Assembly: GCF_001677475.2 (NCBI RefSeq) | Contig: NZ_CP015229.1 | Length of the DNA: 64,000 nt | Source: Escherichia coli | GTDB taxonomy: Bacteria > Pseudomonadota > Gammaproteobacteria > Enterobacterales > Enterobacteriaceae | Strand: one strand, 5' to 3' | Shown: one piece after another, positions 1-12,040 of the stretch | How positions within the stretch are numbered: the first letter of the stretch is position 1 | Layout: each line of letters begins with the position of its first letter | Translations under genes and position numbers: made by a program | Notes under the pieces: generated by a model | Database searches by the model: none | Told to the model about the DNA's origin: nothing | Seen by the model: only the letters and a program-made list of their open reading frames with translations

Positions 1-918
1 CCGGAACATACTCCGCTGCAGGATTCTAACGATAACTTCCTCGCTAACATCCAGAAAGACGGCACCTACTCGGTGATCCCGCGTTCTCCGGGCGGTGAAA
101 TCACCCCGGAAGGGCTGATGGCGGTAGGTCGTATCGCGCGTGAATTTAATCTCTACACCAAAATCACCGGCTCCCAGCGCCTGGCGATGTTTGGCGCACA
201 GAAAGACGATCTGCCGGAGATCTGGCGTCAGCTGATTGAAGCCGGCTTCGAAACCGGTCATGCCTATGCGAAAGCACTGCGTATGGCGAAAACCTGCGTG
301 GGTAGCACCTGGTGCCGCTACGGCGTTGGCGACAGCGTCGGCCTCGGCGTGGAACTGGAAAACCGCTACAAAGGCATCCGTACGCCGCACAAAATGAAGT
401 TCGGTGTCTCCGGCTGTACCCGTGAATGTTCAGAAGCTCAGGGTAAAGACGTAGGTATTATCGCCACCGAAAAAGGCTGGAACCTGTACGTTTGCGGTAA
501 CGGCGGCATGAAACCGCGTCATGCAGATCTGCTTGCAGCGGATATCGATCGCGAAACGCTGATCAAATATCTCGACCGCTTCATGATGTTCTACATCCGT
601 ACCGCCGACAAACTGACGCGTACCGCGCCGTGGTTAGAAAACCTTGAAGGCGGCATCGATTACCTGAAAGCGGTGATCATTGACGACAAACTGGGGCTGA
701 ACGCACATCTGGAAGAAGAGATGGCGCGCCTGCGTGAAGCGGTAGTATGTGAGTGGACTGAAACGGTCAATACACCGTCCGCGCAGACTCGCTTCAAACA
801 CTTCATCAACAGCGACAAGCGTGACCCGAACGTGCAGATGGTGCCAGAGCGCGAACAGCACCGTCCGGCAACGCCGTATGAACGTATCCCGGTAACTCTG
901 GTGGAGGACAACGCATGA
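1..918 (+). CDS. nirB: Nitrite reductase [NAD(P)H] large subunit, C-terminal part (5' end lies upstream of window)
   Basis: Frame-1 ORF open from position 1 to TGA at 916-918; translated sequence recognised as NirB C-terminus; followed by overlapping nirD and nirC as in the nir operon. Confidence 0.9.
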   Translation, partial: PEHTPLQDSNDNFLANIQKDGTYSVIPRSPGGEITPEGLMAVGRIAREFNLYTKITGSQRLAMFGAQKDDLPEIWRQLIEAGFETGHAYAKALRMAKTCVGSTWCRYGVGDSVGLGVELENRYKGIRTPHKMKFGVSGCTRECSEAQGKDVGIIATEKGWNLYVCGNGGMKPRHADLLAADIDRETLIKYLDRFMMFYIRTADKLTRTAPWLENLEGGIDYLKAVIIDDKLGLNAHLEEEMARLREAVVCEWTETVNTPSAQTRFKHFINSDKRDPNVQMVPEREQHRPATPYERIPVTLVEDNA

Positions 919-1241
919 GCCAGTGGAAAGACATCTGCAAAATCGATGACATCCTGCCTGAAACCGGCGTCTGCGCGCTGTTAGGTGACGAGCAGGTAGC
1001 AATTTTCCGCCCGTATCACAGCGACCAGGTGTTTGCGATCAGCAACATCGACCCGTTCTTCGAGTCCAGTGTGCTGTCACGCGGGCTGATTGCTGAACAC
1101 CAGGGCGAGCTGTGGGTCGCCAGCCCGCTGAAAAAACAGCGTTTTCGCTTAAGTGATGGCTTGTGCATGGAAGACGAACAGTTTTCCGTAAAGCATTACG
1201 AAGCACGAGTGAAAGACGGCGTGGTACAGCTACGCGGTTAA
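915..1241 (+). CDS. nirD: Nitrite reductase small subunit (Rieske-like)
   Basis: 108-aa ORF; ATG overlaps nirB stop (ATGA at 915-918); length and sequence match NirD. Confidence 0.9.
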   Translation: MSQWKDICKIDDILPETGVCALLGDEQVAIFRPYHSDQVFAISNIDPFFESSVLSRGLIAEHQGELWVASPLKKQRFRLSDGLCMEDEQFSVKHYEARVKDGVVQLRG

Positions 1242-1250
1242 TGTTTTAAC

Positions 1251-1276
1251 GGGAGGCGCAATGCCTCCCCTTTTTG
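1251..1276 (+). terminator. GC-rich hairpin plus T-run between nirD and nirC (possible attenuating stem-loop)
   Basis: gggaggc-gcaat-gcctccc stem-loop at 1251-1269 followed by cttttt. Confidence 0.45.
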
Positions 1277-1366
1277 CATGGTCCTGTAATAACCTTCGGT
1301 ATATTGCAGGACATTTTTTAAACTTTTTGTTTTATTTTTTGTTTTTATTTTTTAAAGGATAATCAA

Positions 1367-2173
1367 ATGTTTACAGACACTATTAATAAGTGTGCGGCTA
1401 ACGCTGCGCGCATTGCACGCCTGTCGGCAAATAACCCGCTCGGCTTCTGGGTCAGCTCCGCAATGGCGGGCGCGTATGTGGGTCTTGGGATCATCCTGAT
1501 TTTCACGCTCGGTAATTTGCTCGATCCGTCCATACGTCCTCTGGTGATGGGCGCGACCTTTGGTATCGCCTTAACGCTGGTGATTATCGCCGGTTCTGAA
1601 CTGTTCACCGGACACACCATGTTCCTCACCTTTGGAGTGAAAGCGGGCACTATCAGCCACGGGCAAATGTGGGCAATCCTGCCGCAAACCTGGCTGGGTA
1701 ACCTGGTCGGTTCCGTCTTCGTTGCCATGCTCTATAGCTGGGGTGGCGGTAGCCTGCTGCCGGTAGATACCAGCATCGTTCACTCCGTCGCGCTGGCAAA
1801 AACCACTGCACCGGCAATGGTACTGTTCTTCAAAGGTGCATTGTGTAACTGGCTGGTTTGCCTGGCAATCTGGATGGCGCTGCGCACTGAAGGGGCGGCG
1901 AAATTTATCGCTATCTGGTGGTGTCTGCTGGCATTTATCGCGTCCGGCTACGAGCACTCCATCGCTAACATGACGCTGTTCGCCCTCTCCTGGTTCGGCA
2001 ACCACAGCGAAGCCTACACGCTGGCGGGTATTGGTCATAACCTGCTGTGGGTGACGCTGGGTAATACTTTATCGGGTGCCGTATTCATGGGATTGGGTTA
2101 TTGGTATGCTACGCCGAAAGCGAATCGTCCGGTTGCGGACAAATTTAATCAAACTGAAACAGCTGCCGGTTAA
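1367..2173 (+). CDS. nirC: Nitrite transporter (formate/nitrite transporter family)
   Basis: 268-aa hydrophobic ORF, position after nirBD, length matches NirC. Confidence 0.9.
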   Translation: MFTDTINKCAANAARIARLSANNPLGFWVSSAMAGAYVGLGIILIFTLGNLLDPSIRPLVMGATFGIALTLVIIAGSELFTGHTMFLTFGVKAGTISHGQMWAILPQTWLGNLVGSVFVAMLYSWGGGSLLPVDTSIVHSVALAKTTAPAMVLFFKGALCNWLVCLAIWMALRTEGAAKFIAIWWCLLAFIASGYEHSIANMTLFALSWFGNHSEAYTLAGIGHNLLWVTLGNTLSGAVFMGLGYWYATPKANRPVADKFNQTETAAG

Positions 2174-2191
2174 TTACTAAGGGGTTTTTAC

Positions 2192-3565
2192 GTGGATCAT
2201 TTGCCTATATTTTGCCAATTACGCGATCGCGACTGTCTGATTGTCGGCGGTGGTGATGTCGCGGAACGCAAAGCAAGGTTGCTGTTAGACGCGGGTGCTC
2301 GCTTAACGGTGAATGCATTAGCGTTTATTCCACAGTTCACCGCATGGGCAGATGCAGGCATGTTAACCCTCGTCGAAGGGCCATTTGATGAAAGCCTTCT
2401 CGACTCCTGCTGGCTGGCGATTGCTGCGACGGATGATGACGCGCTTAACCAGCGCGTCAGTGAAACCGCTGAAGCTCGTCGCATCTTCTGTAACGTGGTC
2501 GATGCGCCGAAAGCCGCCAGCTTTATTATGCCGTCAATTATTGACCGCTCACCGCTCATGGTAGCGGTCTCCTCTGGCGGCACCTCTCCGGTTCTGGCGC
2601 GCCTGTTGCGTGAAAAACTTGAATCACTGCTGCCGCTGCATCTGGGTCAGGTGGCGAAATATGCCGGGCAGTTACGTGGTCGGGTAAAACAGCAGTTCGC
2701 TACAATGGGTGAACGTCGCCGTTTCTGGGAAAAACTGTTCGTTAATGACCGCCTGGCGCAGTCGCTGGCAAACAACGATCAGAAAGCCATTACTGAAACG
2801 ACCGAACAGTTAATCAACGAACCGCTCGACCATCGCGGTGAAGTGGTGCTGGTTGGCGCAGGTCCGGGCGATGCCGGGCTGCTGACACTGAAGGGTCTGC
2901 AACAAATTCAGCAGGCAGATGTGGTGGTCTACGACCGTCTGGTTTCTGACGATATTATGAATCTGGTACGCCGCGATGCTGATCGCGTTTTCGTCGGCAA
3001 ACGCGCGGGATACCACTGCGTACCGCAGGAAGAGATTAACCAGATCCTGCTGCGGGAAGCGCAAAAAGGCAAACGCGTGGTGCGGCTGAAAGGCGGCGAT
3101 CCGTTTATTTTTGGCCGTGGTGGCGAAGAGCTGGAAACACTGTGCAACGCGGGTATTCCGTTCTCGGTGGTTCCGGGTATTACCGCAGCTTCTGGTTGCT
3201 CTGCCTATTCGGGTATTCCGCTCACGCATCGCGATTATGCTCAGAGCGTGCGCTTAATTACCGGACACTTAAAAACTGGTGGCGAGCTGGACTGGGAAAA
3301 CCTGGCGGCAGAAAAACAAACGCTGGTGTTCTATATGGGACTGAATCAGGCTGCGACTATTCAGCAAAAGCTGATTGAACACGGTATGCCTGGCGAAATG
3401 CCGGTGGCAATTGTCGAAAACGGAACAGCAGTCACGCAGCGCGTGATTGACGGTACGCTCACACAGCTGGGCGAACTGGCGCAGCAAATGAACAGTCCAT
3501 CGCTAATTATTATTGGTCGGGTTGTTGGCCTGCGCGATAAACTGAACTGGTTCTCCAACCATTAA
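2192..3565 (+). CDS. cysG: Siroheme synthase (uroporphyrinogen-III methyltransferase / precorrin-2 dehydrogenase / ferrochelatase)
   Basis: 457-aa ORF with GTG start ([10 protein letters not shown]...), Rossmann GGG motif near N-term; length matches CysG. Confidence 0.9.
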   Translation: MDHLPIFCQLRDRDCLIVGGGDVAERKARLLLDAGARLTVNALAFIPQFTAWADAGMLTLVEGPFDESLLDSCWLAIAATDDDALNQRVSETAEARRIFCNVVDAPKAASFIMPSIIDRSPLMVAVSSGGTSPVLARLLREKLESLLPLHLGQVAKYAGQLRGRVKQQFATMGERRRFWEKLFVNDRLAQSLANNDQKAITETTEQLINEPLDHRGEVVLVGAGPGDAGLLTLKGLQQIQQADVVVYDRLVSDDIMNLVRRDADRVFVGKRAGYHCVPQEEINQILLREAQKGKRVVRLKGGDPFIFGRGGEELETLCNAGIPFSVVPGITAASGCSAYSGIPLTHRDYAQSVRLITGHLKTGGELDWENLAAEKQTLVFYMGLNQAATIQQKLIEHGMPGEMPVAIVENGTAVTQRVIDGTLTQLGELAQQMNSPSLIIIGRVVGLRDKLNWFSNH

Positions 3566-3574
3566 TTTAACCAG

Positions 3575-3597
3575 GGCCAGAGAATTCTGGCCTTTTT
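3575..3597 (+). terminator. Intrinsic terminator downstream of cysG
   Basis: ggccaga-gaat-tctggcc hairpin immediately followed by ttttt. Confidence 0.6.
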
Positions 3598-3819
3598 CGT
3601 TTACAACTCTCTTTATATATTCAGCAGATAAAAATATAACTCATTAACAAAAATCATTTGTTTTTGTCCCGTTATATTCACCGTTACAGCGAATTACAAA
3701 ATTAAGTCATTCGCTCACTGACGCCAATTAAATATTCCTGTATCGTTCTAAATGAGCAGTCTGCTTATATTCATATAATCAATGAATATTAATTAATATA
3801 TAATACATAGGGAATGTAA

Positions 3820-3987
3820 ATGAACAAATTTATTAAAGTTGCACTGGTAGGTGCAGTACTGGCTACGTTAACTGCATGTACTGGTCATATTGAAAACCGT
3901 GATAAGAACTGCTCTTACGACTACCTGCTGCACCCGGCAATTTCTATTTCTAAAATCATTGGCGGTTGCGGTCCTACTGCACAGTAA
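3820..3987 (+). CDS. yhfL: Small lipoprotein (55 aa)
   Basis: ATG at 3820, 55 codons, TAA at 3985-3987; signal peptide with lipobox LTAC (MNKFIKVALVGAVLATLTAC...); below the ORF-track length cut-off; preceded by AT-rich promoter-like region. Confidence 0.6.
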   Translation: MNKFIKVALVGAVLATLTACTGHIENRDKNCSYDYLLHPAISISKIIGGCGPTAQ

Positions 3988-4028
3988 GTCTCTGACTGAA
4001 AGCGGCTAACACCGGTTTAATTGCCCGA

Positions 4029-4060
4029 CGCCCTCTGGATTTTCCGAGGGCGTATTTGTT
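4029..4060 (+). terminator. Candidate terminator downstream of yhfL
   Basis: cgccctc...gagggcg inverted repeat followed by a T-rich tract. Confidence 0.4.
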
Positions 4061-4231
4061 TCTACGTCCTTCTTGCTCCCCGCCCGTAAAAATATTTTCA
4101 CTTTAATTTCAATTGGATAACTACATCCATTAGCCACAGCGCGATCCTGTGCGAAATTTTGTGATCTTCCTCCACATTACATAACATCATATGTTGTTAT
4201 ATTCATCATGCATTGTCATGTTACCTTTTAA

Positions 4232-5620
<1,389 letters not shown>

Positions 5621-5640
5621 TGTTATCTGGAGAAAATAAA

Positions 5641-6663
5641 ATGTTGGATATTGATAAAAGCACCGTGGACTTTCTGGTCACCGAAAATATGGTTCAGGAA
5701 GTGGAAAAAGTTCTCAGCCATGACGTTCCGCTGGTGCACACCATCGTGGAAGAGATGGTGAAGCGCAACATTGATCGTATTTATTTCGTTGCCTGCGGAT
5801 CGCCACTCAACGCGGCGCAAACGGCGAAACATCTGGCGGATCGCTTTTCCGATCTTCAGGTCTACGCCATTTCCGGCTGGGAGTTCTGCGATAACACCCC
5901 GTATCGCCTCGACGATCGTTGCGCAGTAATTGGCGTTTCTGACTACGGTAAAACAGAAGAGGTAATCAAAGCGCTGGAGCTGGGGCGGGCCTGCGGCGCG
6001 CTCACTGCGGCATTCACCAAACGCGCGGATAGCCCGATTACCTCGGCGGCGGAATTTAGCATTGATTATCAGGCCGACTGTATTTGGGAAATTCATCTGC
6101 TGCTCTGCTACAGCGTGGTGCTGGAGATGATCACCCGCCTCGCGCCGAACGCGGAAATCGGCAAGATCAAAAACGATCTCAAGCTGTTGCCGAATGCGCT
6201 CGGTCATCTGGTACGCACCTGGGAAGAAAAAGGCCGCCAGCTTGGTGAACTGGCCAGCCAGTGGCCGATGATTTATACCGTTGCTGCGGGTCCGCTGCGT
6301 CCGCTGGGTTACAAAGAAGGCATTGTAACGCTAATGGAATTTACCTGGACGCACGGCTGCGTGCTCGAAAGCGGAGAGTTCCGCCACGGCCCACTGGAAA
6401 TTGTCGAGCCGGGCATTCCGTTCCTATTCCTGCTCGGCAATGACGAAAGTCGCCACACCACCGAACGCGCCATTAACTTTGTAAAACAGCGTACTGACAA
6501 CGTGATCGTCATTGATTACGCCGAAATTTCGCAAGGGCTGCACCCGTGGCTGGCACCGTTCCTGATGTTCGTGCCAATGGAGTGGCTCTGCTACTACCTG
6601 TCTATTTACAAAGATCACAACCCGGATGAACGCCGCTATTACGGTGGTCTGGTGGAATATTAA
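5641..6663 (+). CDS. frlB: Fructoselysine-6-phosphate deglycase (SIS domains)
   Basis: Track ORF 5620-6663; start trimmed to MLDIDKST (340 aa). Confidence 0.85.
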   Translation: MLDIDKSTVDFLVTENMVQEVEKVLSHDVPLVHTIVEEMVKRNIDRIYFVACGSPLNAAQTAKHLADRFSDLQVYAISGWEFCDNTPYRLDDRCAVIGVSDYGKTEEVIKALELGRACGALTAAFTKRADSPITSAAEFSIDYQADCIWEIHLLLCYSVVLEMITRLAPNAEIGKIKNDLKLLPNALGHLVRTWEEKGRQLGELASQWPMIYTVAAGPLRPLGYKEGIVTLMEFTWTHGCVLESGEFRHGPLEIVEPGIPFLFLLGNDESRHTTERAINFVKQRTDNVIVIDYAEISQGLHPWLAPFLMFVPMEWLCYYLSIYKDHNPDERRYYGGLVEY

Positions 6664-6712
6664 TCCCTCTCCCGGCCCGGCAACGGGCCGGATTTACGCA
6701 AGGAGTTACCCG

Positions 6713-7543
6713 ATGAAAACAGGTATGTTTACCTGCGGCCACCAGCGGCTGCCTATTGAACACGCATTCCGTGATGCAAGCGAGCTGGGTTACGACGGCA
6801 TCGAAATTTGGGGCGGTCGCCCGCACGCGTTCGCGCCGGACTTAAAAGCGGGCGGCATCAAACAGATCAAGGCGCTGGCGCAGACGTATCAGATGCCGAT
6901 TATCGGTTATACGCCAGAAACCAACGGCTATCCGTATAACATGATGCTGGGCGATGAACATATGCGTCGCGAAAGCCTGGACATGATCAAGCTGGCGATG
7001 GATATGGCAAAAGAGATGAACGCCGGTTATACGCTGATTTCTGCGGCCCACGCGGGCTATCTCACGCCACCTAATGTTATCTGGGGACGGCTGGCAGAGA
7101 ACCTAAGCGAACTGTGTGAGTACGCGGAAAACATCGGCATGGATCTAATCCTCGAACCGTTAACACCGTATGAATCGAACGTCGTGTGTAATGCTAATGA
7201 TGTGCTTCATGCGCTGGCGCTGGTGCCTTCGCCGCGCCTGTTCAGCATGGTCGACATTTGCGCGCCGTATGTCCAGTCGGAACCGGTGATGAGTTATTTC
7301 GACAAACTGAGCGATAAATTGCGTCATTTGCATATTGTCGACAGCGACGGGGCCAGCGACACGCATTACATTCCCGGCGAAGGCAAGATGCCGCTGCGGG
7401 AGTTGATGCGCGATATTATTGATCGGGGCTACGACGGTTACTGCACGGTGGAACTGGTAACGATGTATATGAACGAACCCAGACTCTACGCTCGCCAGGC
7501 GCTGGAACGCTTTCGCGCGCTGCTGCCGGAGGATGCGAGATGA
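6713..7543 (+). CDS. frlC: Fructoselysine 3-epimerase (sugar-phosphate isomerase/epimerase TIM barrel)
   Basis: Track ORF 6626-7543; start trimmed to [11 protein letters not shown] (276 aa); SD-like aggag upstream. Confidence 0.85.
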   Translation: MKTGMFTCGHQRLPIEHAFRDASELGYDGIEIWGGRPHAFAPDLKAGGIKQIKALAQTYQMPIIGYTPETNGYPYNMMLGDEHMRRESLDMIKLAMDMAKEMNAGYTLISAAHAGYLTPPNVIWGRLAENLSELCEYAENIGMDLILEPLTPYESNVVCNANDVLHALALVPSPRLFSMVDICAPYVQSEPVMSYFDKLSDKLRHLHIVDSDGASDTHYIPGEGKMPLRELMRDIIDRGYDGYCTVELVTMYMNEPRLYARQALERFRALLPEDAR

Positions 7544-8325
7544 AAAACCTGGCGACAATCGGCGATAACTGCGTCGATATCTACCCGCAACTGAATAAAG
7601 CGTTTTCTGGCGGTAATGCGGTGAACGTGGCGGTGTACTGCACTCGCTACGGCATACAACCCGGATGCATTACCTGGGTGGGTGACGATGACTACGGCAC
7701 AAAGCTGAAGCAGGATCTTGCCCGCATGGGCGTCGATATCAGCCATGTCCATACGAAACACGGCGTTACCGCACAAACTCAGGTGGAACTGCACGACAAC
7801 GATCGCGTTTTTGGCGACTACACCGAAGGCGTGATGGCCGACTTTGCCCTGAGCGAAGAGGATTACGCCTGGCTGGCGCAGTATGACATTGTGCACGCGG
7901 CAATCTGGGGACATGCGGAGGACGCATTCCCGCACCTGCACGCAGCGGGCAAACTTACCGCTTTCGACTTCTCCGACAAGTGGGACAGCCCGCTCTGGCA
8001 GACACTGGTGCCGCATCTCGATTTTGCCTTTGCCTCCGCGCCGCAAGAAGACGAAGCGTTACGTCTGAAGATGAAGGCGATTGTTGCCCGTGGCGCAGGC
8101 GTGGTGATTGTCACGCTGGGCGAAAACAGCAGCATTGCCTGGGATGGCGCGCAGTTCTGGCGTCAGGCTCCTGAACCGGTGACGGTTATCGACACCATGG
8201 GTGCCGGAGATTCGTTCATTGCCGGATTCCTTTGCGGCTGGTCTGCGGGGATGACATTACCGCAGGCGATGGCGCAGGGAACGGCGTGCGCGGCACAAAC
8301 TATTCAGTACCACGGTGCCTGGTAG
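7540..8325 (+). CDS. frlD: Fructoselysine 6-kinase (PfkB/ribokinase family)
   Basis: 261-aa ORF, ATG overlaps frlC stop (ATGA); GAGD motif near C-terminus typical of PfkB kinases. Confidence 0.85.
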   Translation: MKNLATIGDNCVDIYPQLNKAFSGGNAVNVAVYCTRYGIQPGCITWVGDDDYGTKLKQDLARMGVDISHVHTKHGVTAQTQVELHDNDRVFGDYTEGVMADFALSEEDYAWLAQYDIVHAAIWGHAEDAFPHLHAAGKLTAFDFSDKWDSPLWQTLVPHLDFAFASAPQEDEALRLKMKAIVARGAGVVIVTLGENSSIAWDGAQFWRQAPEPVTVIDTMGAGDSFIAGFLCGWSAGMTLPQAMAQGTACAAQTIQYHGAW

Positions 8326-8424
8326 GCATAACGTTGGCGTGAGCATCTTCACGCCAACGTGCTGTTACTTGCCGGAAAACGACCCTATAATCCGTGTAAT
8401 TCATTCTTTATTTCAGGGTCGATT

Positions 8425-9156
8425 ATGTCAGCTACGGACCGCTACTCTCATCAACTCCTCTACGCTACCGTCCGCCAGCGGCTGCTGGATGATATCGCGC
8501 AGGGGGTTTACCAGGCCGGGCAACAGATCCCTACCGAAAACGAGCTTTGTACGCAATATAACGTCAGCCGCATTACCATTCGCAAAGCCATCAGCGACTT
8601 AGTGGCAGACGGCGTACTGATCCGCTGGCAGGGCAAAGGCACCTTTGTACAAAGCCAGAAAGTTGAAAACGCCCTGCTTACTGTCAGTGGTTTTACCGAT
8701 TTTGGCGTCTCACAAGGCAAGGCGACGAAAGAGAAAGTGATCGAGCAGGAACGGGTCAGCGCCGCGCCGTTTTGCGAAAAGCTGAACATCCCCGGAAACA
8801 GCGAAGTGTTCCATCTCTGCCGGGTGATGTATCTCGATAAAGAGCCGCTGTTTATTGATAGTTCATGGATCCCGCTGTCGCGTTATCCTGACTTTGATGA
8901 GATTTACGCCGAAGGAAGCTCCACCTATCAGTTATTTCAGGAGCGTTTTGACACGCGAGTGGTCAGCGATAAAAAGACCATCGATATTTTTGCCGCCACC
9001 CGCCCGCAGGCAAAATGGCTGAAATGCGAACTGGGCGAACCGCTGTTTCGCATCAGCAAAATCGCCTTTGATCAGAATGACAAACCGGTGCACGTCTCCG
9101 AACTCTTCTGCCGCGCCAATCGCATCACCTTAACGATTGATAATAAAAGACATTAA
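8425..9156 (+). CDS. frlR: GntR-family transcriptional regulator of the frl operon
   Basis: Track ORF 8359-9156; start trimmed to MSATDRYSHQ (243 aa); N-terminal HTH with UTRA-like C-terminal domain. Confidence 0.85.
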   Translation: MSATDRYSHQLLYATVRQRLLDDIAQGVYQAGQQIPTENELCTQYNVSRITIRKAISDLVADGVLIRWQGKGTFVQSQKVENALLTVSGFTDFGVSQGKATKEKVIEQERVSAAPFCEKLNIPGNSEVFHLCRVMYLDKEPLFIDSSWIPLSRYPDFDEIYAEGSSTYQLFQERFDTRVVSDKKTIDIFAATRPQAKWLKCELGEPLFRISKIAFDQNDKPVHVSELFCRANRITLTIDNKRH

Positions 9157-9161
9157 CCGTA

Positions 9162-9206
9162 GGCCGGATAAGATGCGCCAGCATCGCATCCGGCGATGCT
9201 GGCGCG
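9162..9206. repeat. REP (repetitive extragenic palindromic) element between convergent frlR and yhfS
   Basis: ggccggataagatgcgccagcatcgcatccggcg palindromic unit characteristic of E. coli REP sequences. Confidence 0.6.
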
Positions 9207-9263
9207 TTGAGGGGACCGTCCGGCGCTGAATTTAGCTTGATTGCCGAACGGGGCTATCCAGCA

Positions 9264-10349
9264 TTAAATACTGGCAATACTCTCACGCAAAATCCGCAGC
9301 ACCGTCTCTTCACCGCTGCGATTTGGGTTAATACGAATCGCGTAATGTTCGAGTTGCGGATTCGCCTGGCGAAACGTTCCGGAAAGGCGATAAAAAAGCG
9401 GCGGGATCTCATATTTCGACTCTGCACCAACCGGGTAAGGCAAGGCACCGCGCTTTTGCGCCTCTTCCAGTACTCTGGCGGCAATCGGCTGATGAAACTC
9501 CACAATCAACACCTTCGACTGTGCATTGGCAATCACCGCGCTTTTCACGTCCGCCACTGCGCCACCGTTAAGTAAAGCCAGCAACCGTTCAGATACCCCC
9601 GCCTGCACCGCGTGCATCACTGGCGCAAACACCAGCCCACGCAAGACTTCCAACGCCTGCGCGCCCTGAATCTGGCTGCCGCCGGAGTAAAGCGTGGCGC
9701 GAATACGGTTGATAACATCAGCATCGCCTACCACCGCGCCAACACCCTCTGGCCCAAATAGCTTGAAGCAGGAAAAAGTCGAGACATTCGCCCCGCATTC
9801 GCAGCCGATTCGCGCTACCTTCATCACCGCATAGTTGTCATCGGTTAAGGCTGGAACACTTGCCGCGCGCAACGTTGCCAGCACATCTGCCAGCACATAG
9901 CTATCCTGCGGCTGCTGGCGCGTATGCTGCACCAGCGCGGCATCTGGTTGTTGCTCGTCGACAACCTGCTTCAGTGCCGACAGGTCATTGAAATCAGCAG
10001 TGATAAGCGTCAGCCCCATCTGCTCAATAATGACCTGAGTCGTCGGGTAAACCGGCGCGTCATGCACCAGAAGACGCTGCCCCGGTTTGAGCAAAACCGC
10101 CAACGCCGCACGAATCGCTCCAGTACCCGCGCCCTGCACCAGCGCCGCAGCCTGTGCGTGAAATGCATCAGCCAGCACCTGTTCCACACGCTGGGTAATG
10201 CGCGGTTGATTCAGTCCCGGCGTTAAGCCTAAATCACCGCCAGCAAGAAACTCGCTGCCGGGAAAATGGCGGCAAATCGTGTCCACCAGCGCAAACTGCT
10301 TTTGCTGCGCCTCAATAAGCGTCAGGCTTTGCAGAGGAAACGTCTTCAT
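9264..10349 (-). CDS. yhfS: Uncharacterised putative PLP-dependent enzyme
   Basis: 361-aa ORF; recognised as YhfS by sequence and position; first gene (3'-most) of the php/yhf cluster. Confidence 0.8.
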   Translation of the reverse strand: MKTFPLQSLTLIEAQQKQFALVDTICRHFPGSEFLAGGDLGLTPGLNQPRITQRVEQVLADAFHAQAAALVQGAGTGAIRAALAVLLKPGQRLLVHDAPVYPTTQVIIEQMGLTLITADFNDLSALKQVVDEQQPDAALVQHTRQQPQDSYVLADVLATLRAASVPALTDDNYAVMKVARIGCECGANVSTFSCFKLFGPEGVGAVVGDADVINRIRATLYSGGSQIQGAQALEVLRGLVFAPVMHAVQAGVSERLLALLNGGAVADVKSAVIANAQSKVLIVEFHQPIAARVLEEAQKRGALPYPVGAESKYEIPPLFYRLSGTFRQANPQLEHYAIRINPNRSGEETVLRILRESIASI

Positions 10350-10360
10350 AGGTGCCTTCC

Positions 10361-11665
10361 TTAAGCTGGAACAAACAGACCAAGCCAGTAAAGAACATTC
10401 AGCAGAATACCGGTGATCATTACTGCCACGACCGGTGCCGCCATTTTCTGTACCGGACGGCCCAGGGATTCGTTGAAGAAGTAAATGGCAACCGCGATAG
10501 AGAATCCGGTATAATCCGCCATTTTAATTGCTGCGAAAATCGAACCGACCAGCAGCGCCACTTCCATCAGCATATTCATGGCGTTACGGATGTTATCCGA
10601 CGCATTACGCACCGACGGATAGCGCCCCAGCCATTTGCCAATCGAACGAAGCAGTAAGACTTCCGCCGAAATAACCACTGCGCCTAATACCGCTGCAACC
10701 ATCGGATTCGGCGAGAGATAGCCCACCGCATAAACAAAGGTAAAGCCCGCAACTGCATACACGCCAGTGGCTAACGCCGTGGTGGCAATCAACGGCACAA
10801 ACCCCAGTCCGCGCATAAATTCTGCCAGAGCCGCCTGATTAATCAGCGTTTGCGATTGTTCCGGCGTTACGCCTGCGGAATATGCTTTCTCCAGTGTGAA
10901 GATCGAAACTTCGCTACCAGCAAAAATCTTCATGCTGGCAACGGCGGCAATCAATGCTCCCACGATGGCGATATACGGTAAGTTTTTGATAATCCGCGAC
11001 GTGCGTTCTTCAAACACCGAAAGCCCGCTGGCATCAATGTCATTTTCATCACGATGACGCAAGTCGTGAGTTATCGCGATCCCCAGCAGCATCACCATGC
11101 CAATAAAGATTTCGATGGATTCAGGGTTAAGATGTGGGAAATAGCGCACGACGACCACACGGGTCATCAGTACCACCACGGCGGCGATCAGACTTTGCTT
11201 CCAGCCAAACTGGTAGAAAATCGCCACCAGCGGGAACAGTGCAAAAGCTGAAACCACCGGCGAGCTTAATTCCCCCAGGCTACCTAATACATCCACCGGT
11301 AGCGCGGTCAGCAGCTGGTTTACCGGCAACAGGCAAGTAAGGATCTACACGCCCCAGATAGCGCCAAGACCAAACGCCATCAGGCTGTTTATCGCCAGTA
11401 CGCCGAGGATATCGGTAGGAAGAAAGAGTAACCATGCGTTGAGCAGCCCGGTTTTCAGGGTAAACGAGATCCCCACCGAGGCCACAAAACCAATGCTCAG
11501 ACCAAAAGCGATACTCCCCGCCTCGCGACGGTTCATATAGCCTTCAATCAGTTGCGGCAGGATCGGGCGGATACCGTCATGAAAAACGGCCGCCGAGCGA
11601 TGCGCCAGAAGCGATGTCATACCCGTCAGGCACGCCACCACGATAATCTGAATATACAGATCCAT
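10361..11665 (-). pseudogene. yhfT: Putative inner-membrane transporter YhfT interrupted by an in-frame TAG stop
   Basis: Two same-frame ORFs (11345-11665, 106 aa; 10361-11329, 322 aa) separated by TAG (rev-comp of cta at 11345-11347) plus 5 sense codons; 106+1+5+322 = 434 codons, the length I recall for intact YhfT. Confidence 0.6.
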
Positions 11666-11676
11666 AGTCGTGCCTT

Positions 11677-12030
11677 TTATTTCAGATGGTTAATCAGCAT
11701 CGGAATCGCGTGTTCGACATGCTCAACGGAAAGCCCAAACGCCACTTTCCCTTCGGCGATCATTTTGGCGATATGTTCGTCTTTCGCTTTAATGCCTGGT
11801 TTGGCAATGGTGCAACTTTTGTTATAGCCAATCACCGCGATGGCAATCGACAATGCCGCGCCCGCACCGGTATTACACGCGCCGATGTAGTAATCCAGTT
11901 GCCCGGATTTCACTTTCATTGCCGCTTCCATGTCGTTGTGAATGAAAACTTCAAAACGGCCAGGAGCCGTCGCTTCAATGGTTTTTTTAATCTGCTCACG
12001 CTGTAAGCCTGCAACACCAATCTTTTTCAT
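11677..12030 (-). CDS. yhfU: Uncharacterised protein YhfU (117 aa)
   Basis: Track ORF 11677-12069; start trimmed to MKKIGVAGL; tightly spaced with php and yhfT. Confidence 0.75.
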   Translation of the reverse strand: MKKIGVAGLQREQIKKTIEATAPGRFEVFIHNDMEAAMKVKSGQLDYYIGACNTGAGAALSIAIAVIGYNKSCTIAKPGIKAKDEHIAKMIAEGKVAFGLSVEHVEHAIPMLINHLK

Positions 12031-12040
12031 GAGTCTGTCC

